A DNA stretch of 63,225 bases, filler included, from Octopus bimaculoides (taxonomy: Eukaryota), in the NCBI RefSeq assembly GCF_001194135.2. It is 4 parts of 4 records of this genome, joined end to end, with 100 filler letters (N's around TTAATTAATTAA, not from the genome) between each part and the next. Parts side by side here need not be neighbours in the genome. Positions count along the whole stretch, not along the records: positions 39,359 to 58,952 come from NC_068984.1; positions 59,053 to 63,225 come from NW_026321824.1; 2 more parts are not named here. One strand, 5' to 3'. The translations under genes and the position numbers were made by a program. The notes under the pieces are model-generated. The model was not told the DNA's origin. It saw only the letters and a program-made list of their open reading frames with translations, and searched no databases. Below, in pieces: positions 53,793-63,225 of the stretch. Position 1 is the stretch's first letter. Each line of letters opens with the position of its first letter.

Positions 53793-54483
53793 GGCTGCCC
53801 AGTCCTGGCTAAGAAGGAATATATTCACAGACACGACAGAGCTGGGACCTATATACACTGGAAGCTATGCCAACATTATGGAATAGCAACAGAAAAAAGA
53901 TGGTATAAACACACGCCAGAAAAGGTCACAGAAAACGAGAAAGCAACCATACTCTGGGATATGCCAATACACACAGATAGAGAAATTAAGGCAAATAGAC
54001 CAGATATAGTTGTCAAAGATCATGAAGGAAAAAAATGCCTTCTAATTGATGTTTCAATACCAGCAGATGATAACGTTTCTCTAAAAGAAATGGAAAAACT
54101 TTCAAAATACAAAGACCTGGAAATAGAGATAACTCGAATGTGGAATCTNNNNNNNNNNNNNNNNNNNNNNNNNNNNNNNNNNNNNNNNNNNNNNNNNNNN
54201 NNNNNNNNNNNNNNNNNNNNNNNNNNNNNNNNNNNNNNNNNNNNNNNNNNNNNNNNNNNNNNNNNNNNNNNNNNNNNNNNNNNNNNNNNNNNNNNNNNNN
54301 NNNNNNNNNNNNNNNNNNNNNNNNNNNNNNNNNNNNNNNNNNNNNNNNNNNNNNNNNNNNNNNNNNNNNNNNNNNNNNNNNNNNNNNNNNNNNNNNNNNN
54401 NNNNNNNNNNNNNNNNNNNNNNNNNNNNNNNNNNNNNNNNNNNNNNNNNNNNNNNNNNNNNNGTTATAAAAATAAAACTACTG
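53793..54483 (+). mobile_element. R4/Dong-type LINE 3' portion with an open reading frame up to the gap
   Basis: GCPVLAKKEYIHRHDRAGTYIHWKLCQHYG...ATILWDMPIHTDREIKANRPDIVVKD...IDVSIP...KLSKYKDLEIEITRMW; the tail runs into (AAT)n. Confidence 0.9.
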
Positions 54484-54529
54484 AATAATAATAATAATAA
54501 TAATAATAATGATAATAATAATAATAATT

Positions 54530-54890
54530 CCTACTATAGGCACAAGGCCTGGAACTTTTGGTGGGGAGAATAGTAGTCGATTACATCGACCCCAGAGCTC
54601 AAATGGCTGTTATTTTTTCGATCCCGAAAATATGGAAGGCAAAGACAACATTTGCAATATTTGGACTCAGAACCTAAAGAAATGCTTTGAAAAATACTAT
54701 TAAGCATTTTGTCCGATACGCTGATGATTCCGCTAGCTCGGTTTCTGACGGAGGCACAACGCCAAGAATTTTTAAGGGCGAGTTTGAGTCAATACCATCG
54801 GTCAGAAGTCTTGGACTGGTACCTCTATTTTATCAAAGGATGAAAGTCAAAACTGACTTCAGCAGTATTTAAACTCAGAACGGAAAGAGT
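54530..54890 (-). mobile_element. Two degenerate SINE family B copies just upstream of exon 5
   Basis: cctactataggcacaaggcct...taagcattttgtccg; the second has ggtacctctattttatc...aaactcagaacg. Confidence 0.7.
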
Positions 54891-54979
54891 TGGAATAAAT
54901 AAAACTAATTAAAACGTAAGTTAAAAGAACTAAAGCCTTTTTGAGCTTCTCATAAGTATATTTTTTTCTCTCTTTCCAG

Positions 54980-55026
54980 AATATGACAGCGCTGACAAAA
55001 TTATTATCTCCATCAAAATTCGTTAA
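54980..55026 (+). CDS. Exon 5 (terminal coding) of the PAN-like plus unknown-domain gene
   Basis: Strong acceptor tttttttctctctttccag, phase 1. Reads (E)YDSADKIIISIKIR then TAA at 55024-55026. Total CDS is 325+173+164+173+47=882 nt, or 293 aa plus stop. Confidence 0.88.
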
Positions 55027-55090
55027 ACCTGAAGTACAAAAGCAGAGAGCAAGAAAATGGATTCAACTAACCAGTAGAATTAGTAAAGTG

Positions 55091-55096
55091 AATAAA
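55091..55096 (+). terminator. Candidate polyadenylation signal of the gene
   Basis: AATAAA about 65 nt after the stop. In AT-rich DNA this could be chance. Confidence 0.4.
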
Positions 55097-55159
55097 CTAT
55101 GAATTAGAAGAGGAAAAGTGATTAGCAGATATTATGAACATGCACACACGCGAGCGCGC

Positions 55160-55194
<35 letters not shown>

Positions 55195-55523
55195 AGTGTA
55201 TGCTGTGATCATAACGTGACATAGTTTGATATATATAAATTTTAATGCATTAACGATATTTCTTATCCAACGATATTGCTTATTGTTTAATGTGGTTGTT
55301 CTCAGTCTGTCGGTAAGCACGTTTGTTGTTGTTTTAATGATTAATTTATTTTTGTGTTAATTTGCAATGTATCATATAAATAACATGTATTATATAATAT
55401 AAATCTATAATGTATAATATAAATACATAAATAAATTTAGAGTTATTTATTTAAAAGCCTTAATTGTGGAGATTGCAAACAATGTGATTACACACGCACG
55501 CACACACACATACACACACACGC

Positions 55524-55558
<35 letters not shown>

Positions 55559-55849
55559 CATACACACACATGCACGCACAGACAGACAGACAGACACAAA
55601 CACACACACACTCAATTCCGCCAAAGTTGACTTTGTCTTTCATCCTTTCGGGGGCGATAAAATAAGTAGCAGTTGAGCCCTGGGGTCGAGTTAATCAACT
55701 TTGTCCCTCCCCTAAAACTGCTGCCCTTGGCCAAAACTTGAAATCAAGATACCTACCTACCTACCTACCTACCTACTTACCTACCTACATTCATACATAC
55801 ATACAAACATACACACACACATATATATATATGCATATATGAGTACAGG

Positions 55850-56140
55850 ACGTCACCAACAGTAAATAACATGAAATACGAAAACAAATGAATTGAATAC
55901 GTAAGCAACGAGAGAAAAAAATGGAAAACAGGACAAGTAATACAAAGAACGACCCGTCATCAGTTGTCGGCAGTCTATCTACTCCCCATTTCGAGTAATC
56001 AACGACAATATGAGTCTTCGAAGACAGTTGCTCCCATAAATACCAGAATAAAATTTAGGATTTATGGAGGGTACAAAAACAGGACAGTGGAGACATACAA
56101 GGAAACCGAACGAAAACAAACATGGAGGGTCGTTAGACCA
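55850..56140 (-). repeat. Unclassified interspersed repeat, possibly a Penelope-like terminus
   Basis: The minus strand has ctcgaaatggggagtagatagactgccgacaactgatgacggg. Similar A-rich architecture occurs at 48710-48880. Confidence 0.3.
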
Positions 56141-56384
56141 GATCGAGAGGAAATATATATATATATATATATATATANNNNNNNNNNNNNNNNNNNNNNN
56201 NNNNNNNNNNNNNNNNNNNNNNNNNNNNNNNNNNNNNNNNNNNNNNNNNNNNNNNNNNNNNNNNNNNNNNNNNNNNNNNNNNNNNNNNNNNNNNNNNNNN
56301 NNNNNNNNNNNNNNNNNNNNNNNNNNNNNNNNNNNNNNNNNNNNNNNNNNNNNNNNNNNNNNNNNNNNNNNNNNNNNNNNNNNG

Positions 56385-56610
56385 ATCATGAGGTTGTGAG
56401 TTCGATTCCCGGACCGGGCTGCGTGTTGTGTTCTTGAGCAAGACACTTTATTTCACGTTGCTCCAGTTCACTCAGCTGTAGAAATGAGTTGCGACGTCAC
56501 TGGTGCCAAGCTGTATCGACCTTTGCCTCTTCCTTAGATAACTTCGGTGGCGTGGAGAGAGGAGGCTGGTATGCATGGGCGACTGCCGGTCTTTCATAAA
56601 AAACAACTCT
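56385..56610 (+). mobile_element. SINE family C (B-box gttcgattcc, CORE-like cttgagcaagacactt); head lost in the gap
   Basis: Read directly. It matches the minus-strand relic at 262-410. Confidence 0.8.
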
Positions 56611-56809
56611 AGGTTGTGCATCGCCGGTAAGGCGAGGAGGAAGTGAGGATCATGATGATGATCATGATGATGATGATGGTGATGATAATGATGATGATGA
56701 GGAGGAGGAGGAGGAAGTGGAGTGGAGGGGAGAAAAAGTGCAATACTAAATGGTAGAGGAGGAGGAGGAGGGAGCTTGGAAAGGAGGTGTTGAAAGAGAG
56801 GAAGAAGTG

Positions 56810-56848
<39 letters not shown>

Positions 56849-57360
56849 TATATTACTTACTTGTTTCGTGCCGTATGCATTACAAAAGAAAGAGTTTATG
56901 TAATACGAAGTAATTCACATTCAAATCCGAACTCCATTGAATTTGTACTAACATGGGGAGATAACTACCAAATGTCAATTAGAGTTACTTCCCTTAGATC
57001 TAAAACTCGTATTTTATTACTTCACAAATTATTGATTTCAGTTGTCCTTGCTTGGCATGTGACTTGAACTGAGATCTTATATTGGGATTAAAACAATTAC
57101 ATTGTGTTAGAACTGTTGTTACAGTGAAAAAAAGCAGTGGTTTTGTGAATTCCTTTAATTCTCTCTGCGAGACTAAAATAGTGTATTTATTTTTAAAAAT
57201 ATACATTTGCTTTAAAAATTAAGCCACAAGTATTCTCCCCTGATAGCCTATATTTACAAATCAAATAACAAATTGATGGAATATATAAATGTTTTATATA
57301 CTGATAAAATATCGAATATTTCGCTGTAATTTTCTTTAACAAAACTTTTCAGAATATTTT

Positions 57361-57597
57361 AAAGGCGGCGAGCTGGCAGAATCGTTAGCACGCCGGGCGA
57401 AATGCTTAGCGGTAATTTCGTCTACCGTTATGTTCTGAGTTCAAATTCCGCCGAGGTCGACTTTGCCTTTCATCCTTTCGGGGTCGATAAATTAAGTACC
57501 AGTTACGTACTGGGGTCGATGTAATCAACTTAATCCCTTTGCCTGCCCTTGTTTGTCCCCTCTATGTTTAGCCCCTTGTGGGCAACAAAGAAATAAG
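57361..57597 (+). mobile_element. Young SINE family B with a 14-bp target-site duplication and Tx1-type tail
   Basis: agaatattttaaag at 57351-57364 and 57596-57609. CpGs are intact. A-box-like and B-box-like (gagttcaaattcc) motifs are present. Confidence 0.92.
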
Positions 57598-58952
57598 AAT
57601 ATTTTAAAGCCCAAGACAGCAGGCTAGGAAGGGGGCTTCAAATTATATTTGGTGATTAGCAACACCGAAAATTGTTTAACGATCGCCTCTTGGTCTTTAC
57701 AAAACATCCGACTTGGTTCAGGATTAACACATTCTAACAATGGTCTAATAGATCCTAAGTAATCTGTTCTTAATTTCTTATAGAAAAACATTTTAAATTC
57801 CTCTACTAATACCTGCTAAGAAGTTTGTGCACATGTTTATCTCGTTTCAAGTCAAGATTTTCCCTTCAGTACCAAATCACCCTTAGGATAATTAATCTTG
57901 AGGATCATAATTTCAGATATGACATTCTCCGCTCATATATTCACCACTCTATGATGAAAACGTAAGGTTTCTTATCCAAAGTATAAACTAATGGCTGAAA
58001 CATAAATTAATAAGTTTATTAATGATAAATTCTGGCTTATGTTTGTCCAGATCTGTACACTTCTGTAAGAAAAGGTGCTATTATCAGCAAGTCACAAAAT
58101 ATTCGTTCCTATCGTGTACCCATAAGTCAGCTCTGATCGAACGGACTTATAATGAAATAAGTTCCAGCCGTGACCAATACTTCTTATTTCAAATATAGGG
58201 TAGACACAGGCATGGGCGTGTAGTTAAGAAGCAGCCCTTCGAAAGAAACCGCGAGAATGTGTACCAGTCAATTTGTTCGACTAAACTCTTCAAGATGGTG
58301 CACCAGTATAGCTGCAGTCCAGTTTCTGAAACAGGTAAAAGATAAAAGTGTGTTTAAGACTACAATTACCCACTTTTAAGACGGCAGGCTGTATAAATCT
58401 TTTGTAAATATACTATTATCTCAGCCACGATAATTGTTGGTAGCTGCATAGCTTACTACGCTAAATGTATGTCTTTGTCTTTAACTTGTAAATGAATAGC
58501 TAAAAGAATCTCAGCTAGTACCACCTTGAGATCTGTGGATAATGTCTAACTAAGGCAATAAAATTGATTTTAAAAAAAATATCCATACTCTGTAACGGGT
58601 GCTATGCAAATTTTATAATCAAGAAAATTAGCTTTCAATAGCCCAGTCCACGCGTCTGTAACTAACTGCCATCCTTTATGTGATCGCGCAATCTGATAGA
58701 AATAGTAGTCAAATATCCCTCAAAGTTGCACCCTACTACTATGAAAAGGATAATGTACTCTTGGATACACTTTCTTTTTTTTTTTTTTTTTTGTGATGTT
58801 GTGATCACGACTGGAAATTATTTCATTATCGGTCTGTCCGATCAGTTCCAACCTACGGATAGAAAAGGAAAACGAATATTTTATTGTTTACTGAATGGAG
58901 CATGTATTAAGTATGTATACATATATTTATATATATATATATATATATATAT

Positions 58953-59052
58953 NNNNNNNNNNNNNNNNNNNNNNNNNNNNNNNNNNNNNNNNNNNNTTAA
59001 TTAATTAANNNNNNNNNNNNNNNNNNNNNNNNNNNNNNNNNNNNNNNNNNNN
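58953..59052. other. Artificial scaffold join (44 N + TTAATTAATTAA + 44 N)
   Basis: Linker at 58997-59008. Confidence 0.9.
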
Positions 59053-59129
59053 GTGTGTATATATATATATATATATATATATGCGTGCATGTGTGTGTGT
59101 TTGTGCGCGCGGTATGTGTATGTTTCTGT

Positions 59130-59300
59130 GTGTGTCCCACAACCGGTGTTGGTGTGTTTACGCCCTGTAATTTAGAGGTTCAGCAAAAGAGGGACCGATA
59201 GAATAAGTACTAGGCTTACAAAGGAGTCCTAGGATCGATTTGTTCGACTAAAGGCGGTGCTCCAGCATGGCCGCAGTCAAAAGACTGAAACAACTAAAAG
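59130..59300 (+). mobile_element. SINE family A, 3' half
   Basis: ccggtgttggtgtgtttacg...ggcggtgctccagcatggccgcagtc. Confidence 0.85.
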
Positions 59301-59499
59301 AATATATATATACATATATATGAACAAACACACATACACACACACATTGAGACAGTTTGTAGAGAAATTTTTTTACGACAAAAATATGGCCTGCTTGATC
59401 CCACGGGAAGATGCGAATATATATGGGAAAAAATTCCTTTAACTTTCTCACTCACACAAATACGCGTGTGTGTGTGTGTGTGTGTATACGTGAAGGTAT

Positions 59500-59630
59500 G
59501 GGTGTGTAGGTTAAAACTTTGCTTCCCATGCACATGGTTCCGGGTTCACTCCCACTGCGTGGCACCTTGGGTAAGTGTCTTCAACTATAGCCCTGCTTCG
59601 ACCAAAGACTTGTGAGTGGGTTTGGAAGCG
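59500..59630 (+). mobile_element. SINE family A, 5' half
   Basis: cacatggttccgggttcactcccactgcgtggcaccttggg. Confidence 0.8.
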
Positions 59631-59816
59631 CGTCCAGTATACGCATATTATCATCTTCATCAACATTATTATTATTATTATTATTATTAGTCAAAATTAA
59701 AAGAAGAGTGCCATTTGTTATCTAGTGAACAATATTTCGACATCTCGCGTATCTTCAACTGGTTCAAAAAATAAATTTGTCAATCTACTTCATTTGAGTT
59801 ACCTCAATCTTTTCTA

Positions 59817-59855
<39 letters not shown>

Positions 59856-60104
59856 CATTATTTCGGTTAATCGAACACAACAAGCTAGGTTTCTGCAAGA
59901 AGGTTACGAATCTTTGGGTCGCACATAGGGGGCCAAAGCAGATTCTTTTAAATAATGATACATGTAATTGGACTGAACCCGGAGCCACTTGCTTAAGAAC
60001 AGACCTTCTTAACGACATAGCTATGTGTGTGACTGCGTGTGTGTGAACATACACAATATATGCATATATTATATATACGTGTGTGAATGTGTGTGTATGT
60101 ATAT

Positions 60105-60508
60105 AGGCGCAGGAGTAGCTGTGTGGTAAGTAGCTTGCTTACCAACCACATGGTCCCGGGTTCAGTCCCACTGCGTGGCACCTTGGGCAAGTGTCTTCTA
60201 CTATAGCCTCGGGCCGACCAAAGCCTTGTGAGTGGATTTGGTAGACGGAAACTGAAAGAAGCCCGTCGTATATATGTATATATATATGTATGTGTGTTTG
60301 TGTGTCTGTATTTGTCCCCCCACCATCGCTTGACAACCGATGCTGGTGTGTTTACGTCCCCGTAACTTAGCGGTTCGGCAAAAAGAGACCGATAGAATAA
60401 GTACTAGGCTTACATAAGAATAAGTCCTGGGGTCGATTACCTCGACTAAAGGCGGTGCTCCAGCATGGCCGCAGTCAAATGACTGAAACAAGTAAAAGAG
60501 TAAAAGAG

Positions 60509-60510
<2 letters not shown>
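60105..60510 (+). mobile_element. SINE family A, full-length reference-like copy between TA tracts
   Basis: Complete head, CORE-like block, internal (TA/TG) tract, 3' body and gtaaaagag tail. Confidence 0.93.
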
Positions 60511-60547
<37 letters not shown>

Positions 60548-60553
60548 CTGTAG

Positions 60554-60587
<34 letters not shown>

Positions 60588-61064
60588 AGAAGCCTTGAGT
60601 GGATTAAATGAAATCGTGTGATCATAATTGCTTAAAGGGAAACGATACAGAATTATATCGGATAGCTTATACCCGGAATTCGAAAGAGTACCGCCTTGTC
60701 ACATGCTCTCTCTTGTTGGTTTTGTAGCGGAGGATTACTTTAAGGATGTATGGAAGGGAATCTGGAATAATGAGCTGGTAGAGCAACGAGTAAGGGGTCG
60801 TAACGTTGCACGTCCCATCGTCGGAATCGATACGGTAGAATGACGAAACGAAGGGTTGAATAGCACACACGCTTACACACCCGCATCAGAATGTGTTCGT
60901 GGGTATATACATATGTGTGCATGTATGTAGATCTATATATAACTGATAAGAACGTGTATAGGAATGCTGTAAAGCGGTATGAATATCAGGAAAAAAGATG
61001 GGTATTTAGCCTTATAAGAGGGAAATATAGAGAAATATATTTATGCAGTATACATAAGTATACG

Positions 61065-61095
<31 letters not shown>

Positions 61096-61418
61096 TCAAC
61101 GGCGGAAACACGTGTAGGTCACTATAATATGATGTATGAAACTATAAACTAAATTTTGTGGATGTACTGTTTGTTATTATTAATATTTATATATCATATA
61201 AATATATATATATATCATATATATGTATATGTATCATAAATATATATACATTATACATATTAATTGTAATATATATATATATGCATGTATGTATAACACA
61301 TCATACATTAAGTATCATATTCATATATATTATGCATTCACACACAGATACACATATATATATGTATACATATATTCACACACGTATATATAACATTTAT
61401 ATATATCGTGTGTGTAAT

Positions 61419-61449
<31 letters not shown>

Positions 61450-61592
61450 TCCTACATATATATATATATTCACAGACGTATACATATATGCCTATAAATA
61501 CACACGCATAGACGTCACTCTCCTATATGCGTGTGTATATATGTAGATACATATATACATGTATGTATGCATATTTGAGTATATATATGTGC

Positions 61593-61633
<41 letters not shown>

Positions 61634-62118
61634 CATTGAGGTGGTTCAGACAAGACTCAGTGCTTTCATTAAAACATAATATTACAAGGTATTTAGCTCT
61701 TCATTATTTTAAATGTCTCCTTAATTTCCTCTCGATTTTCTCTGTGTGTATGTGTGTGTGTATATATATATATATATATGTATGTATGTGTGTGTGTATA
61801 TATATATATATATGTATGTGTGTATGTATATGTATGTGTATATATATATNNNNNNNNNNNNNNNNNNNNNNNNNNNNNNNNNNNNNNNNNNNNNNNNNNN
61901 NNNNNNNNNNNNNNNNNNNNNNNNNNNNNNNNNNNNNNNNNNNNNNNNNNNNNNNNNNNNNNNNNNNNNNNNNNNNNNNNNNNNNNNNNNNNNNNNNNNN
62001 NNNNNNNNNNNNNNNNNNNNNNNNNNNNNNNNNNNNNNNNNNNNNNNNNNNNNNNNNNNNNNNNNNNNNNNNNNNNNNNNNNNNNNNNNNNNNNNNNNNN
62101 NNNNNNNNNNNNNNNNNN

Positions 62119-62157
<39 letters not shown>

Positions 62158-62584
62158 TTGTATGTATGTATATATACGTATACACACTCAATCCAATGTA
62201 TTTAATATATAGTTAATATATATATATATATATGATCTACGTGTATATACCTTATCGATATATCGTTATTTTAACTCAACACAGTCTATATAAAGCCGGA
62301 ATTAACTTCAGTGCATCGTAGTCCGACGATGGGTTAAGTGGCTGAAATTTCGAAGTTACTGTCAATATTATTCTTGTTTAAGAAAAATAAATATTTCGTT
62401 ATGTATCAATTTATATATAACGTTACATATATAAAAACAAAGACTGGACACTGTGGTATATTTTTCTAATTTTACGTTACACATGTCTCTATATACGATA
62501 TACATTGTGAACATAACGAATAATAATAATAATATCAATAATTATAATTATAATAATAATAATAATAATAATAATGATAATAAT

Positions 62585-62800
62585 AGTTTAGAATTTCGTC
62601 ACAAGGGCAGGAGTTTTGTGGGGAGGGGATGAGTCGTTTACATTGACACCAGTGTTTCACTGGTACTTAATTTATCGACCCCAAAAGGATGAAAGGCAAA
62701 GTCGAGCTTGGCGGAATTTGAACTCGGAACGGAGCGACGGGCGAAAACACCATTAAACGTTTCGTCCAACGCGCTAACGATTCTGCCAGCTCGCCGCCAT
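62585..62800 (-). mobile_element. SINE family B
   Basis: ggatgaaaggcaaagtcgag...gaatttgaactc...cgattctgccagctcgccgcc. Confidence 0.88.
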
Positions 62801-62843
62801 AGTAATAATAATAATAATCATACAAAAAAAAAAATTCATAATG

Positions 62844-62885
<42 letters not shown>

Positions 62886-63225
62886 GAAAAGATACATGGG
62901 ATCTCCTTTAGCAATTTTCTCAAGAATTCTTCGATTTGATACATACTTCCTCTGCAAATATGAATCACAAAAATCTTTCAACTAGAATGCATTTCTCATT
63001 TCAAATAAAATATTTGTATATCTACATCTGATGAGTGGAATGTGCAGATGCGTTTGATGAGAACAGGGCTTCGATTTTGACCCCCGTCTATCTTTCTATC
63101 TGTCTGTCTTTCTATCTATTTGTCTATCAATCAGTTTAGCTATTTAACTACATATCTATCTGTATGTATGTATGTATTTGTATCTATAATATAGCATATA
63201 TATTTACGATATATATATATATATA

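Noticed and set aside
54980-55102. Alternative frame NMTALTKLLSPSKFVKPEVQKQRARKWIQL for the last exon
   Set aside because: It needs phase 0, but exon 4 ends in phase 1. The YDSADKIIISIK frame also fits the expected domain end.
57361-57460. tRNA gene
   Set aside because: The A/B-box-like head continues into a SINE body and tail with a target duplication, and no cloverleaf 3' end is evident. The same applies to the heads of families A and C.
57918-57962. 45-nt exon candidate (YDILRSYIHHSMMK)
   Set aside because: It lies after the gene's stop, its phase is incompatible with the 60728 candidate, and a scaffold join separates the two.

Overview
This is an AT-rich, microsatellite-saturated eukaryotic draft-assembly window with many N gaps. 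The SINE/LINE complement looks like an octopus (cephalopod) genome; that assignment is an inference. Three 100-bp gaps contain a TTAATTAATTAA linker, so the window is probably four joined segments (1-26659, 26760-39258, 39359-58952, 59053-63225). The only host gene I can support is a five-exon + strand gene with coding exons 44870-45194, 48323-48495, 49634-49797, 50955-51127 and 54980-55026. All splice phases match, giving an intact 293-aa protein: signal peptide, atypical PAN/Apple-like Cys module, and a ~185-aa invertebrate domain of unknown function. The ORF track shows only parts of it. Everything else identifiable is mobile or simple-repeat DNA: three tRNA-headed SINE families, RTE LINE relics, R4/Dong-type LINE 3' ends sitting in (TAA)n arrays, Tx1/L1-type LINE 3' ends sitting in (TCTA)n arrays plus an ORF1-only relic, Penelope-like fragments, a mariner rearranged into a two-headed palindrome, and an intronic foldback element. 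Most long ORFs in the track are artefacts of microsatellites or N gaps. Family names come from recalled motifs, not database searches.
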